Shown here: one piece after another, positions 15,318 through 25,189 of the stretch | Layout: each line of letters begins with the position of its first letter | Numbering within the stretch: the stretch's first letter is position 1 | Assembly: GCF_001462395.1 (NCBI RefSeq) | Contig: NZ_LNTB01000001.1 | Location: forward strand, 1,050,001-1,082,000 | DNA length: 32,000 bases | Source: Pyrodictium occultum | GTDB taxonomy: Archaea > Thermoproteota > Thermoprotei_A > Sulfolobales > Pyrodictiaceae | Direction: 5' to 3' | Translations under genes and position numbers: made by a program | Notes under the pieces: generated by a model | What the model was told of the DNA's origin: nothing | Seen by the model: the letters and a program-made list of their open reading frames with translations, nothing else | The model's database searches: none

Positions 15318-16912
15318 GCGGCGGGCTCGAGCTGAGGAAGGGCTGGAGGCAGGCTAAGTGGAGCGAGCCCCTCATCTACGACCTCGGCAGCTACGATAAC
15401 ACCTGGTTCGTCCACCCCTACAGCGATGAAGACGAGAAGCTAGAGCGGCTTGTCGGGGCGCCCGAGGAGCGGCTCGGCAGAATGCTGAGGAGGGAAGCAC
15501 CCAGGGTGCCGGGGCTGAGCGAGGTTGAGGTGGTACGCCACTTCACGAGGCTCAGCCAGATGAGCTACGGCGTCGACACGGGCCCTGTCCCCCTGGGCTC
15601 CTGCACAATGAAGTACAATCCCAAGATAAGCGAGGAGCTGGCCAGAGACCCGCGGATACGCTACCTACACCCCTACCAGGACGAGGAGACCGTGCAGGGG
15701 CTGCTGGAGATCCTTTACCTCCTCGAGCGCTGGCTGGCAGAGCTCACCGGCATGGATAGGTGCAGCTTCCAGCCCCCGGCCGGCGCTGCAGGAGAGCTGA
15801 CAGGGGCGCTGATGATACGCAAGTACTTCACGGACCGTGGCGAGGAGAGGGACGAGATGCTGATCCCAGACTCGGCCCACGGCACCAACCCGGCCAGCGC
15901 CGCTATGGCAGGGTTCCGGGTGGTGAGAATACCGACCTCTGAGCACGGCACCCTGGACATGGAGGCCCTTGAGGCCGCACTCTCCGAGCGCACGGCGGGC
16001 ATAATGCTGACAAACCCCAATACGCTCGGCCTGTTCGAAGACCGGATACTCGAGGTCGCCGAGAAGCTTCACAGCCGGGGGGCGCTCCTCTACTACGATG
16101 GCGCGAACCTCAACGGCATAATGGGGATAGTCCGGCCCGGCGACATGGGCTTCGACATCGTGCACCTTAACGTCCACAAGACCTTCTCCGCACCCCACGG
16201 CGGCGGCGGGCCTGGAGCCGGCGTTGTCTGCGCACGCGGCGAGCTTGTAGACTACCTGCCCAGGCCCCTAATAGCGAGAAAGAACGGCCGCTACTACTGG
16301 GACTACGAGTGCAAGAAGTGCATAGGCAGGATAAGAATGTTCTACGGCAACATACTGCCCCTCGTGAAGACGTTCATATACATAGCCATGCTTGGCGGCG
16401 AGGGGCTCCGGGAAACGGCCATACAGAGCGTGATCAACACAAACTACTTCATAGCGCTGATGAGGGGCGTCAGGGGCTACGAGCTGCCCTATGACCCGGA
16501 TCGCCCCAGGAAGCACGAGCTGGTGCTCTCGGCAAAGCCTCTGAAGAGGGATACAGGCGTGACGGCCGAGGATGTGGCTAAGGCGCTGCTAGACCGAGGG
16601 CTACACGCCCCAACGATGTACTTCCCGCTCATAGTGGATGAGGCGCTCATGATAGAGTTCACTGAGTCAGAGCCCCGCCGCTCGATCGAGGAGTATGCAA
16701 GAGCGCTCCGAGAGATAGTGGAAGAGGCCTACCGGGACCCGGAGGCTGTGAAGCGGGCGCCCCGCAACACCGCTGTGGGCAGGCTAGATAACGTGTACGC
16801 CAACCACCCGCGCAGCGTGACGCCGAGCCACCGGGTGCTCAGGAGGAGGCTTGCGGGAGAGAGCTCTCACTCTAGCCTCCCGTATATCTTCTCCACGAGC
16901 CTCGCCACATAG
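15314..16912 (+). CDS. gcvPB: glycine dehydrogenase (decarboxylating) subunit 2 (P-protein beta)
   Basis: 532 aa with LGSCTMKYNP, DSAHGTNPASA and the PLP-lysine motif NVHKTFSAPHGGGGPG. It overlaps gcvPA by 4 nt. Confidence 0.9.
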   Translation: MSGGLELRKGWRQAKWSEPLIYDLGSYDNTWFVHPYSDEDEKLERLVGAPEERLGRMLRREAPRVPGLSEVEVVRHFTRLSQMSYGVDTGPVPLGSCTMKYNPKISEELARDPRIRYLHPYQDEETVQGLLEILYLLERWLAELTGMDRCSFQPPAGAAGELTGALMIRKYFTDRGEERDEMLIPDSAHGTNPASAAMAGFRVVRIPTSEHGTLDMEALEAALSERTAGIMLTNPNTLGLFEDRILEVAEKLHSRGALLYYDGANLNGIMGIVRPGDMGFDIVHLNVHKTFSAPHGGGGPGAGVVCARGELVDYLPRPLIARKNGRYYWDYECKKCIGRIRMFYGNILPLVKTFIYIAMLGGEGLRETAIQSVINTNYFIALMRGVRGYELPYDPDRPRKHELVLSAKPLKRDTGVTAEDVAKALLDRGLHAPTMYFPLIVDEALMIEFTESEPRRSIEEYARALREIVEEAYRDPEAVKRAPRNTAVGRLDNVYANHPRSVTPSHRVLRRRLAGESSHSSLPYIFSTSLAT

Positions 16913-17274
16913 GGCGCCAGCCTCTCCACAGTTTTTCCGCTAATCATGTATGCCCTAGGACACTCAGGATCAACAGTAACGCCCTCTCCGGGGACGTAGA
17001 CGAGCGGATAGAGGCGGCAGCCCATCGGCCTGTATGGGTATATTCTACACCTCCCGGTTGAGGGGTCGAGGAACACGCAGTGCCCGTCGACATTCCTTAG
17101 GCGCGGAATGCCGTCCACATACTCTACGAAGCTTTCCACACTGTAGCCCAGGGACGCTATCCTCTCAATATCCTCCTTAGTGAGGGGCATCTCAGTGTTG
17201 TAGCAGCAGAGGGCGCACAACCTGCCGTCGGGGAGCCTACAGTCAACCCTGAGCTCGGGAGGCTCCTCGCCCAT
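16867..17274 (-). CDS. YkgJ-family (UPF0153) cysteine-cluster protein
   Basis: From ATG 17274 it reads MGEEPPELRVDCRLPDGRLCALCCYNTEMPLTKEDIERI...GHCVFLD..TGRCRIYPYRPMGCRLYP, the CxxCC and C..C cluster pattern of the family. The track ORF is extended upstream into the PfkB gene. Confidence 0.65.
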   Translation of the reverse strand: MGEEPPELRVDCRLPDGRLCALCCYNTEMPLTKEDIERIASLGYSVESFVEYVDGIPRLRNVDGHCVFLDPSTGRCRIYPYRPMGCRLYPLVYVPGEGVTVDPECPRAYMISGKTVERLAPYVARLVEKIYGRLE

Positions 17275-18199
17275 ACTCCCGTATCCTCGGCGGGTTCTCG
17301 CGGAGGATTTTCTCGACCTCCTCTCTGCTAGGCGCACTCTGGGCACCCCGGCGTGTAACCTTAATGCCCGCCGCGGCCGAGGCCGCTTGTAAAGCCTCCA
17401 GCGGGTCACCTCTCTCTACCAAGTACGTGTTGAATGCAGCTATAAATACATCGCCAGCCCCAGTGGTGTCGACGGGCTCGCCGAGGCGAAGGGCTTCAAC
17501 ATGCCATACACCATCCCTGGCCACGAGCACCGCGCCCTCAGACCCCCTTTTGACTATAATGTAACGGAGCCTCCCGCCGAGCAGGCCACGAGCCTCCTCG
17601 ATGCCTCTATTACCGGCCACAAGCTGGTACTCCACCCTGTTGAGAACCAGTATGTCCACATACCTCCGGGCAGCCTCAAGGATCAGGCCCCCCTCCCTCC
17701 TAGCCACCGAGCTGCCAGGGTCATAGGACACTATGCCGGGGCGCGTGCTGGAAGCTGCACGCTCCAGCACCTCCACGCCGCGGCTAGCCACGTGCAGCAC
17801 GTCGGCAACAGCGCCCCTGGCCTCATCGCCGCGGAGGAGGTTGTTAGCACCCCTCATAGATATCATCGTCCTCTCGCCGCCGGGAGTGACGAGGACAATC
17901 ACTATCCCGGGCATCTCGTCCTCGTGTATCTTCACAAAGGAGGTGTCTACACCCGCAGCCTCGAGCCCGGCCAGAACTCCTAGTTGCTTTGCGAGCCTCC
18001 CCGTGTGGCCTACTATGGCTGCCCGGTGCCCGAGCCTGGATACCGCAACCGAGTAGTTCGACGCCGCGCCGCCAGGCCCGAGGTAGGCCTCACGAGCCAC
18101 CACGTTATCGTCCGGGCCCGGCAAGTAGTCAACCAGGAGGTAGACGTCAACGTTGATGTTACCAACTGCCAGGTGCAGCGGGGGGTCCCGGGCAGGCAA
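17243..18199 (-). CDS. PfkB-family carbohydrate kinase (ribokinase-like)
   Basis: It has LAVGNINVDVYL (N-terminal sheet), GPGGAASNYSVA and the C-terminal VDTTGAGDVFIAAF anion-hole/ATP motif. The start is uncertain. TTG at 18199 is proposed, because the longer ORF (to 18331) would overlap the divergent metG start and is P/G-rich. Confidence 0.8.
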   Translation of the reverse strand: MPARDPPLHLAVGNINVDVYLLVDYLPGPDDNVVAREAYLGPGGAASNYSVAVSRLGHRAAIVGHTGRLAKQLGVLAGLEAAGVDTSFVKIHEDEMPGIVIVLVTPGGERTMISMRGANNLLRGDEARGAVADVLHVASRGVEVLERAASSTRPGIVSYDPGSSVARREGGLILEAARRYVDILVLNRVEYQLVAGNRGIEEARGLLGGRLRYIIVKRGSEGAVLVARDGVWHVEALRLGEPVDTTGAGDVFIAAFNTYLVERGDPLEALQAASAAAGIKVTRRGAQSAPSREEVEKILRENPPRIREYGRGASRAQG

Positions 18200-18261
18200 T
18201 TCACCGGCCCCGGAGCCGCGCCTGGATGAGGGAGCGCCTAAAATAACAAGGGGCGGGCCGC

Positions 18262-20022
18262 ATGCACCTCGGGGAGGCCCAGGCTCCGGAGGGCCAGGTA
18301 GCCGTGGCACGCTGGGTAGTAGCGTCTGCATGGCCCTACGTCAACAACGTGCCGCACCTAGGCAACCTTATCGGCTCAGTGCTCTCTGCCGACGTGTTCG
18401 CCCGCTATCTCCGGCTGCGCGGCGAGGACGTCGTGTTCGTGAGCGGGAGCGATGAGCACGGTACACCGATAGAGATCGAGGCGATAAAGCGAGGGGTCCA
18501 CCCGAGGCAGCTCACTGACCAGGCCCACGAGTACGTGTCCAGGCTCTTCAGGGAGTTCCGGATAAGCTTTGACAACTACACACGCACCGAGAGCCCGGTA
18601 CACAGGGAGTTCGTCCGCGAGTTCATGATGAAGCTCTACGAGAATGGCTACATATTCGAGCAGGACGATATATTGCCCTACTGCCCCCGCGACAAGATGT
18701 TCCTACCCGACAGGTTCGTGGTAGGCACATGCCCCTACTGCGGCTACCCCTACGCCCATGGAGACCAGTGCGACAACTGTGGCAGGCTCCTGCACCCGAC
18801 CGAGCTTAAGAACCCGCGCTGCGCTATATGCGGCGGCCCCGTGGAGTTCAGAAAGAGCAAGCACTGGTTCTTCGACCTGTCCAAGCTTCAGGATAGGCTG
18901 CTCAAGTGGCTCGAGGAGTCGAACCTCCCGCCCAACGTGAAGAACTATGCGCTAAACTGGGTCAGGGAGGGCCTCAAGCCGCGTAGCGTGACCCGCGACA
19001 ACAAGTGGGGCATACCGGCCCCCTTCCCCGGGGCCGAGGGTAAGACAATCTATGTATGGTTTGACGCTCTCCTTGGCTACATATCTGCAACCAAGGAGTA
19101 TGGCTTGAAAAAGGGGGACGAGAGCCTCTGGAAGAGATACTGGTTCGACAAGGAAACGAGGACTGTATACTTCATAGGCAAGGACAACATACCCTTCCAC
19201 GCCATAATATTCCCGGCGATGCTCATGGCCAGCGGTGACCCCTACACACTCCCATGGTATATAGCCTCGACCGAGTACCTGATGTATGAGGGCGAGCAGT
19301 TCTCCAAGAGTAGGCGCTGGGGTATATGGATAGATGAGGCGCTTGAGATACTTCCCGCCGACTACTGGCGCTTCGCACTGATAAAGATGAGGCCGGAAAC
19401 CAGGGACACCAACTTCACCTGGAAGGAGTTCACGAGAATAGTTAACAGCGACATGAACGACGATATAGGCAACTTCGTTCACCGGGTACTCAAGTTCATA
19501 AAGTCTAGGTTTGGCGGCAGGGTGCCAGAGCCGGGAGAGATGAAGGAGCTAGACCGGGACTACCTGGATTACACGCTCAAGGCCCCTGAGAGGGTTGGGA
19601 GCTACCTGGACTCATTCAGACTGAAGCAGGCGCTAGACGAGGTCGTGGAGCTGGCTCGGCACGGCAACCAGTACCTCAATGCAAAGGCGCCCTGGGACAA
19701 GATAAAGACGGAGCCCAGCGATGCCGCTACAACAATGTATGTGGCGGCCAACGCTGTGGCGACACTGGCTGTGATGCTGGCACCCTTCACTCCAGATGCC
19801 GCGGAGAGGCTGTGGAGGATGCTCAACATGCGGGGCTCGGTGCACGAGCCCGGCCGCTGGAGGGAGGCATCCAGGCCCCTCGTGGAGCCAGGCCACGAGA
19901 TAGGGGAGCCAGAGCCGCTGTTCCGGAAGCTGGCCAACGACTTCCCAGAGAAGGTCAAGGAGATCCTAGAGGAGGCCAGGAAGAAGGTGATGGAGAAGAG
20001 GCCGCCGCTGCTACGCTGGTAG
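18262..20022 (+). CDS. metG: methionyl-tRNA synthetase
   Basis: It has [18 protein letters not shown] (HIGH-type motif), zinc knuckles CPYCGY..DQCDNCG and CAICGG, the KMSKS-type motif QFSKSRRWG, and an anticodon-binding C-terminal domain. GTG 18304 is an alternative start. Confidence 0.9.
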   Translation: MHLGEAQAPEGQVAVARWVVASAWPYVNNVPHLGNLIGSVLSADVFARYLRLRGEDVVFVSGSDEHGTPIEIEAIKRGVHPRQLTDQAHEYVSRLFREFRISFDNYTRTESPVHREFVREFMMKLYENGYIFEQDDILPYCPRDKMFLPDRFVVGTCPYCGYPYAHGDQCDNCGRLLHPTELKNPRCAICGGPVEFRKSKHWFFDLSKLQDRLLKWLEESNLPPNVKNYALNWVREGLKPRSVTRDNKWGIPAPFPGAEGKTIYVWFDALLGYISATKEYGLKKGDESLWKRYWFDKETRTVYFIGKDNIPFHAIIFPAMLMASGDPYTLPWYIASTEYLMYEGEQFSKSRRWGIWIDEALEILPADYWRFALIKMRPETRDTNFTWKEFTRIVNSDMNDDIGNFVHRVLKFIKSRFGGRVPEPGEMKELDRDYLDYTLKAPERVGSYLDSFRLKQALDEVVELARHGNQYLNAKAPWDKIKTEPSDAATTMYVAANAVATLAVMLAPFTPDAAERLWRMLNMRGSVHEPGRWREASRPLVEPGHEIGEPEPLFRKLANDFPEKVKEILEEARKKVMEKRPPLLRW

Positions 20023-20043
20023 CCGGCGGGCCCTGATGCAGCC

Positions 20044-20466
20044 ATGCCGCGGCGGAGACGCGTAAGGGTGATTAACGGCCTAGAGGCCGTGGAGAGGCTG
20101 CTCGAGGAGTATAGGCGGCGTATCTACCGCTACAACAGCCTTATACGCGGTACCGGTTTCTACCTCAAGCCCATGCATATAGTGACCAAGAACACGCCGG
20201 AGGGCAAGAGGACCTACTACTACATCGGCAGGTACTGGTGGCGCGTTCTCTATCAGGGCAAGTCGGGCAGCACCTCGCGTGTAAAGTGGATCTATGTCGG
20301 CAGGGAGAAGCCTAGAGAGCTGGAGGGCTATCCCGACCCCCCGGAGCATCCCGTGGCGGGGCTCCGGTTCACTGTGGAGGGGCGCGATATTATTCTTGAC
20401 AGGCGGGTCTATGAGAAGTACCGCTGGGTTTTCGAGGGCTACGAGGCCGTGGAGGAGCCGGAGTAG
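20044..20466 (+). CDS. hypothetical protein (140 aa)
   Basis: The ATG is 21 nt after the metG stop. Composition looks coding, with an R-rich N-terminus and YYYIGRYWWR...KWIYVGREKP. No family was recognised. Confidence 0.5.
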   Translation: MPRRRRVRVINGLEAVERLLEEYRRRIYRYNSLIRGTGFYLKPMHIVTKNTPEGKRTYYYIGRYWWRVLYQGKSGSTSRVKWIYVGREKPRELEGYPDPPEHPVAGLRFTVEGRDIILDRRVYEKYRWVFEGYEAVEEPE

Positions 20467-20645
20467 CCCTCCAGGGCCAGCGCTACCAAGATAGGCGGCC
20501 CAGGCTGGGCTCTGAGCGCGGGTGTGGAGCCTTCCCCTCAGCCGAGGCTCCCCTGGGGCCCCGGTGAGGAGCCTGGGGAGTGGCGGCCGCCACCGAATAC
20601 CCTTCCGGCCTCCAGGGCCGCTCTAGGCGAGTGGTGTAGCGCACC

Positions 20646-21548
20646 TTGCCGGAGCTGCGGGTCAGGATTATAGGGGCCGACAGCTTCGGCTCCCGCTCCA
20701 TGGCCACCGTGGTTGAGGCCGGCGGCGTCAAGATATTCATAGACCCTGGTGTGAGCTACGCGCCCCGCCGCTATGGGCTGCCGCCGCATCCCCTGGAGAT
20801 AAGGAGGCTCGAGGAGATCAAGGAGAGGATATACAAGGAGCTGGAGGACACGGATATAGTGGTGATAACACATTACCACTACGACCACTACCTCTACCGC
20901 GGCGAGGAAGCTGAGCTTTACCGGGGCAAGGTGCTCCTGGTCAAGCATCCAACGAGGAGCATTAATGTTAGCCAGCGTATACGGGCACACCGCCTCCTCA
21001 AGGGCAACAGGGTAGCCGAGCTTGCGAGGCAGGTCATATACCTTGACGGCAGCACGTACAGGGTGGACCAGGGGCTTGAGATAAGGGGTTCTCCTCCCGT
21101 CCCCCACGGGCCCGACGGAACCAAGCTGGGCTACGTGGTGATGGTGCTCGTAGAGTGTTGCGGCTACCGCTTCGTCCATGGCTCGGATGTGCAGGGCCCC
21201 ATATCGGCGCGGGCGATGGAGATCCTGCAGCGCTGGAGCCCGGAGCTTGTTTTCATAAGCGGGCCGCCAACCTACTTCGAGGGCTACAAGGTGGATGAGG
21301 AGAGCGTGGCGCAGGGGCTTAGACACCTAGAGGAGCTGGCTCGTGCAGCCCGCGAGGCTGTAGTGGCGGACCACCATTTCGCCCGCGACCTCGAGTACCC
21401 GAGCTACCTTGAGGATATACGGTCCCGGGGCGGGAGAGTGCTCTCGGCCGCCGAGTTCATGGGTGTGGAGTATGAGCCCTTCGAGGCCCTCCGCAGGGAT
21501 CTCTGGAGGCGGAGCCCCGAAGCCGCTGATAGTGATAGAGCATCTTGA
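20646..21548 (+). CDS. MBL-fold metallo-hydrolase (archaeal UPF0282-like)
   Basis: TTG start. It has RIIGADSFGSRSMATVVEAGGVKIFIDPG and the histidine motif ITHYHYDHY (HxHxDH-like). Confidence 0.7.
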   Translation: MPELRVRIIGADSFGSRSMATVVEAGGVKIFIDPGVSYAPRRYGLPPHPLEIRRLEEIKERIYKELEDTDIVVITHYHYDHYLYRGEEAELYRGKVLLVKHPTRSINVSQRIRAHRLLKGNRVAELARQVIYLDGSTYRVDQGLEIRGSPPVPHGPDGTKLGYVVMVLVECCGYRFVHGSDVQGPISARAMEILQRWSPELVFISGPPTYFEGYKVDEESVAQGLRHLEELARAAREAVVADHHFARDLEYPSYLEDIRSRGGRVLSAAEFMGVEYEPFEALRRDLWRRSPEAADSDRAS

Positions 21549-22173
21549 GGACCACCTATCGCGCTGGCTGCTCCTCGAGTACCAGCATAGCCGTAGCTTG
21601 GCTAGGAGCCGCCTGGTCTTCACCAACGGTAGAGAGTACTGCGGCAGGCTGAGCAGGATAGCGCCATGCTACCGGGAGAGCGTGGTAGAGCTGGAGGGCG
21701 TCCTCTACAGGGAGCGGGGCCGCGTGATAATCCTGGACCCCTCCGCGGAGGCCATGCTCAGCCCAGAGGAGGCCGCTGAAGCCGAGGCGATAGTTGTGGG
21801 CGGCATACTAGGCGACCACCCGCCCAGGCGGCGCACCTGGGAGATGCTGACCCGGCGGGCGCGCGGCATGGCCGCTAGGAGCCTCGGCGGGGACCAGCTC
21901 AGCATAGACGGCGCCGTCTACCTTGCCCTCAAGGCGCTAGAGGGCGTGCACCCCTCCAGCGTGCCTCTAGTCCGCCGGCCCCGGCTGGAGGTGGAGCTGG
22001 ACGGCCTGCTGACGGTAGAGGTCGAGCTACCCTTCGCCTACCCCCTAGTCGGTGGGAGGCCGCTCTTCGCCCCTGGGCTAGAGGAGCTTCTGGCCAGCGG
22101 CCTGGGCTACGAGGAGGCGCGGGAGATGCTCCGGGGCCTAGGACGCGAGGGCGGAGGCGAAGAAGACTCCTAG
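21532..22173 (+). CDS. putative SPOUT-type methyltransferase (DUF431/Sfm1-like)
   Basis: A proposed GTG at 21532 gives (M)IEHLEDHLSRWLLLEYQH..., resembling the IIEH.E...S.W..LEY N-terminus of DUF431 proteins as I recall it. It also has VVGGILGDHPPRRRT. The track ORF start (21409) overlaps the previous gene by 140 nt and is unlikely. Confidence 0.45.
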   Translation: MIEHLEDHLSRWLLLEYQHSRSLARSRLVFTNGREYCGRLSRIAPCYRESVVELEGVLYRERGRVIILDPSAEAMLSPEEAAEAEAIVVGGILGDHPPRRRTWEMLTRRARGMAARSLGGDQLSIDGAVYLALKALEGVHPSSVPLVRRPRLEVELDGLLTVEVELPFAYPLVGGRPLFAPGLEELLASGLGYEEAREMLRGLGREGGGEEDS

Positions 22174-22428
22174 CAGGTAGGCGGCTAGCCCGCTCACCAG
22201 CCCGGTGGTGTAGGGTTCCAGGCCTTCGAGCAGCCGGAGTCTCCTCTCGGCGTAGCCGCTGACAGCTAGGAGCAGAGCCGTATAGAGGGCGAGGCTGGCT
22301 AGGCACCCGCTTGGGAGCACAGCGGCCAATAGCCCGGCGGCAAAGCCTAGCAGGATCTTGGCCAGGGATAGCTTAAACTTCTGTATCCTCTTCTCCACGT
22401 AGCTCTCTAAGGGGCCGCGGCGGCTCAA
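22138..22428 (-). CDS. small hydrophobic protein (about 2-3 TM), tentative
   Basis: 96-aa ORF with hydrophobic stretches ILLGFAAGLLAAVL, LALYTALLLAV and LVSGLAAYLLGVFFA. It overlaps both neighbours, and the GTG at 22398 is an alternative start. Confidence 0.4.
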   Translation of the reverse strand: MSRRGPLESYVEKRIQKFKLSLAKILLGFAAGLLAAVLPSGCLASLALYTALLLAVSGYAERRLRLLEGLEPYTTGLVSGLAAYLLGVFFASALAS

Positions 22429-24379
22429 CGGCCTCGCCCCTGTCCACGTAGACTACTCGGGAGCGGCCGGGCACCCTCTCTCTTATCTCCTCGTGGCTCA
22501 CCGCCTCCACCGCCGGCCGCTGCTCCTCCTCCGCCTTGTTCGCAAGCAGCCTTCGGAGCCGCTGGGCGAGTTTAGAGGGGTCCTCGTCCCCCGGCACAAG
22601 CACGGCGTAGACTATGCTGCGCCTTTTAACCAGCTCTGGAGGCCCCACTATGACCACGGGGGCCTCGTTCTCGAGGCCGATGCCGAGCGCCAGCCTTAGC
22701 TCCACGTTGCGCACGTAGTTTCTCTTCCCATACACCATGAAGGCTCCGCGGGCCAGGTACTCGCCGGGCGGAGGGGATTTGGAGACCTGGCTCCCCCACA
22801 CCCAGTAGACGTCGATCGAGCCCATGCCGGCCTTCCATGCCTTGGAGTAGGCTGCTGTGAGGAGCGCTGCCTCGCGGAGATCCCTCTCCGGCGGCTCGCG
22901 GCCCTCAGCAAACACCACCACCGCGGGCGCCCCATGTATATTGGCGTGCATGAATATCCTCTTCTCGTTCAGGTACCTCTTGACCACCGACTCGTTCTGG
23001 CTCGCATCCCTCCCGCCTATGGCGAGGAGGCCGCTGCTCGTAATGAGCCAGTGGTAGCGCTCGTACCATTCACGCCTCCGCACAACCGCGCGGGCCCTCC
23101 TGGCCCTCATAGCCGCCTTATTCTCGAGCTCGGCCAGCCTCTGCTCAACCTCGGCAACCGCGCGGCGCCCCCTCTCAATCTTAGAGCGTATCTCGCCCGC
23201 CCGCTTGTAGAGCTCTACAACCATCCTGCTCGGGTCGGAGCGTATATCCAGCTCCACCGGCTCCCCCGAAATCTGGACAACGATGATGCCGCGGGAGGGC
23301 TGTACATCCACCACGTGGGGGCAGTTGCCGACTATGTACTCCCAGCCGCTGCTCTTCCGCATTCTCCTGGCGCACTCGAGGGCCTCATAGGCCTCCGCCA
23401 TGTGCTCCGCTAGGAGCTGCGCCTTAGACTCGAGGCTCTTCAGCTTCTCCTCAAGATCCTCCAGGTTCCTCCTAGCCCGCTCCAGGGAGGCTAGGAGGCG
23501 GCGGCGCTCAGCCTCTATCTCCCTGATGGCTTCCGCCTCTTCAGCCCTCTTCAGCTCCTCCACGAAGTACTGGTCGAGGGCCTCACTAATGCTATGCCTG
23601 GAGGCAATCCTAAACCCGTATCTCTCTGCGAGGCCGCGGGGCTCGAAGGGAACCACCGTTAGGGGCTCTCCCTCCGGCGTGTAGAGCAGGTAGGCGCCGG
23701 GCTCCAGGCTCTCACGGTATATACTGCGGAGCGTCTCCACCACCTCGCCCTCGCGACCCCGGAGAGCCTCAACACTATCACCGGGCTCTACTCCAAGCCT
23801 TGCAAGAGCCTCCTCAACGACCTCGCCCGGGTAGCCGAGGCTTCTGGCGAGGCTGCGGGCCGCCTCACCGCCCGCCTTTATCGCCTTCGCCACATGTTCC
23901 TCGGCGAGGTCGAGGGGATGGATGCTGGAGCCGGGTGGGGGCGCGTAGCGGGCGCCGCGCCTCAGCACACGATCCTTCATCACCCTCTGCTCGTCGAGCT
24001 GCAGTATCGTACCCTCCTCGTCGGTCAGCACCGCCACGCCTCGGGGGAGCACCTCCGCTATAAGCCGGTACCTGCGCCCCGCGGCATCGAAGACCATCTC
24101 TACTATCCTGTCGAACCCCTGCTGCTTCACATCCACCAGGCCTGCGCCACGGATGTACTTCCTCACACCCATTATGAAGGGTGGCGGCATCCCCTTACCG
24201 GTTATATCGAACGATGTTATGTGTACACGCTCACCCGGCACCACCGCTATCCTTGCATCCCTGCCTGCCCCCTTCAGCCTAAGCAGCACCAGACCGTCTA
24301 CATAGTAGATGTTGTTAAGCCTCAGGCCCCGGAGACCCGCCATCTCCCTCACGACAGCCGCCACATCGAAGCTCGTCAT
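22373..24379 (-). CDS. NFACT-family protein (RqcH/Rqc2/FbpA-like ribosome quality-control factor homologue)
   Basis: From ATG 24379 it reads MTSFDVAAVVREMAGLRGLRLNNIYYVDG (NFACT-N). It then has a long coiled-coil (EAE..RRRLL..LE..) and an NFACT-R/DUF814 region (HGAPAVVV.., YWVWGSQVSKSPPPGEYLARGAFMVYGKRNY). The 66 upstream codons of the track ORF are not family-like. Confidence 0.85.
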   Translation of the reverse strand: MTSFDVAAVVREMAGLRGLRLNNIYYVDGLVLLRLKGAGRDARIAVVPGERVHITSFDITGKGMPPPFIMGVRKYIRGAGLVDVKQQGFDRIVEMVFDAAGRRYRLIAEVLPRGVAVLTDEEGTILQLDEQRVMKDRVLRRGARYAPPPGSSIHPLDLAEEHVAKAIKAGGEAARSLARSLGYPGEVVEEALARLGVEPGDSVEALRGREGEVVETLRSIYRESLEPGAYLLYTPEGEPLTVVPFEPRGLAERYGFRIASRHSISEALDQYFVEELKRAEEAEAIREIEAERRRLLASLERARRNLEDLEEKLKSLESKAQLLAEHMAEAYEALECARRMRKSSGWEYIVGNCPHVVDVQPSRGIIVVQISGEPVELDIRSDPSRMVVELYKRAGEIRSKIERGRRAVAEVEQRLAELENKAAMRARRARAVVRRREWYERYHWLITSSGLLAIGGRDASQNESVVKRYLNEKRIFMHANIHGAPAVVVFAEGREPPERDLREAALLTAAYSKAWKAGMGSIDVYWVWGSQVSKSPPPGEYLARGAFMVYGKRNYVRNVELRLALGIGLENEAPVVIVGPPELVKRRSIVYAVLVPGDEDPSKLAQRLRRLLANKAEEEQRPAVEAVSHEEIRERVPGRSRVVYVDRGEAVEPPRPLRELRGEEDTEV

Positions 24380-24482
24380 AGACCTCTTGCGCTTGATCAA
24401 AGCCTTCCCCCTTCCCTCGGGCCTCTGTGCGGAGACGGCGGAGCGGCTATAGCGCCTCCCCCAAGGGCCCATCAGTGGGAGG

Positions 24483-24776
24483 GTGTTAGCACTTATACCC
24501 TGGAGCCCAGGAGCCCTGCCCTCCCCCGGGGGGAGCGCAGTGTCGGAGCGCAGTGGCCACGAGTACACCGCCTTCATCCCCGAGAGCCTCTACAAGAGGA
24601 TAAGCAGGGAGATTAGGAGGGAGAAGTATGTAACCCCCTACATGCTGTCGGAGAAGTACGACATGACCGTCAGCCTGGCCAAGCAGGTGCTGAGGAGGCT
24701 CGAGAAGGAGGGCATAGTGGAGCTCTACGCTCCCAACAGAAGGGCTCCGATATACATAGTCAAGGAGGGCAAGTAG
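24483..24776 (+). CDS. rps25e: 30S ribosomal protein S25e
   Basis: The C-terminal winged-helix part, ..LYKRISREIRREKYVTPYMLSEKYDMTVSLAKQVLRRLEKEGIVELY, is typical of S25e. A TATA-like ctatag about 35 nt upstream favours GTG 24483, and GTG 24540 is the alternative. Confidence 0.75.
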   Translation: MLALIPWSPGALPSPGGSAVSERSGHEYTAFIPESLYKRISREIRREKYVTPYMLSEKYDMTVSLAKQVLRRLEKEGIVELYAPNRRAPIYIVKEGK

Positions 24777-24793
24777 GGTCTAGGCAGCGCTTC

Positions 24794-24800
24794 AAAAAAA
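24794..24800 (-). terminator. T7 run (minus strand) downstream of the wHTH regulator gene
   Basis: The minus strand reads ccTTTTTTTg about 30 nt after the stop at 24831. Confidence 0.4.
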
Positions 24801-24830
24801 GGCACCCGCAATAAGGCGTTCTTTGGTTAT

Positions 24831-25079
24831 TCAAGCGCTCATCTCGGGGGCCTCGGCTTCCGCCTGCCTGGCACCCTCCTCCGTTATGCTGTAGAGGCCT
24901 TCACCGGTCCTCTCCACCAGGCCTAGCCTCACGAGCTTCCTCATCTTGGCCGCCACTCTACGCGCGTCGAGGCCAGCCCTCTCAGCTATCTCCTTGGGCC
25001 TGGCGGGGCCTCCTATCTCCTTGAGCGCGCGTAGTATGGCAAGGTCTATCTCGTCAAGCCCCGAGTGCCTGGAGGGCAT
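24831..25079 (-). CDS. small winged-helix transcription regulator (MarR/TrmB-like wHTH)
   Basis: 82 aa. DEIDLAILRALKEIGGPARPKEIAERAGLDARRVAAKMRKLVRLGLVER.GEGLYSITEEG is a canonical wHTH. Confidence 0.7.
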   Translation of the reverse strand: MPSRHSGLDEIDLAILRALKEIGGPARPKEIAERAGLDARRVAAKMRKLVRLGLVERTGEGLYSITEEGARQAEAEAPEMSA

Positions 25080-25189
25080 GGGGGCTCACCCCCCGGGAGC
25101 CCCCGAGACCCGGGAGGCCTGGACCCGGGCTCCCACACCCCGGTTCTAGGATTGCAGTAGCTTAGTACCCCCGATTTAAACCCTTCAGC

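Noticed and set aside
15665-16198. Long antisense or alternative-frame ORFs inside GC-rich genes, e.g. 15665..16198, 18952..19482, 20538..21326, 22934..23413, 23894..24616, 25385..25882 and 28759..29385
   Set aside because: Each lies opposite to, or out of frame with, a gene carrying strong family motifs. Stop-codon depletion in GC-rich DNA explains them.
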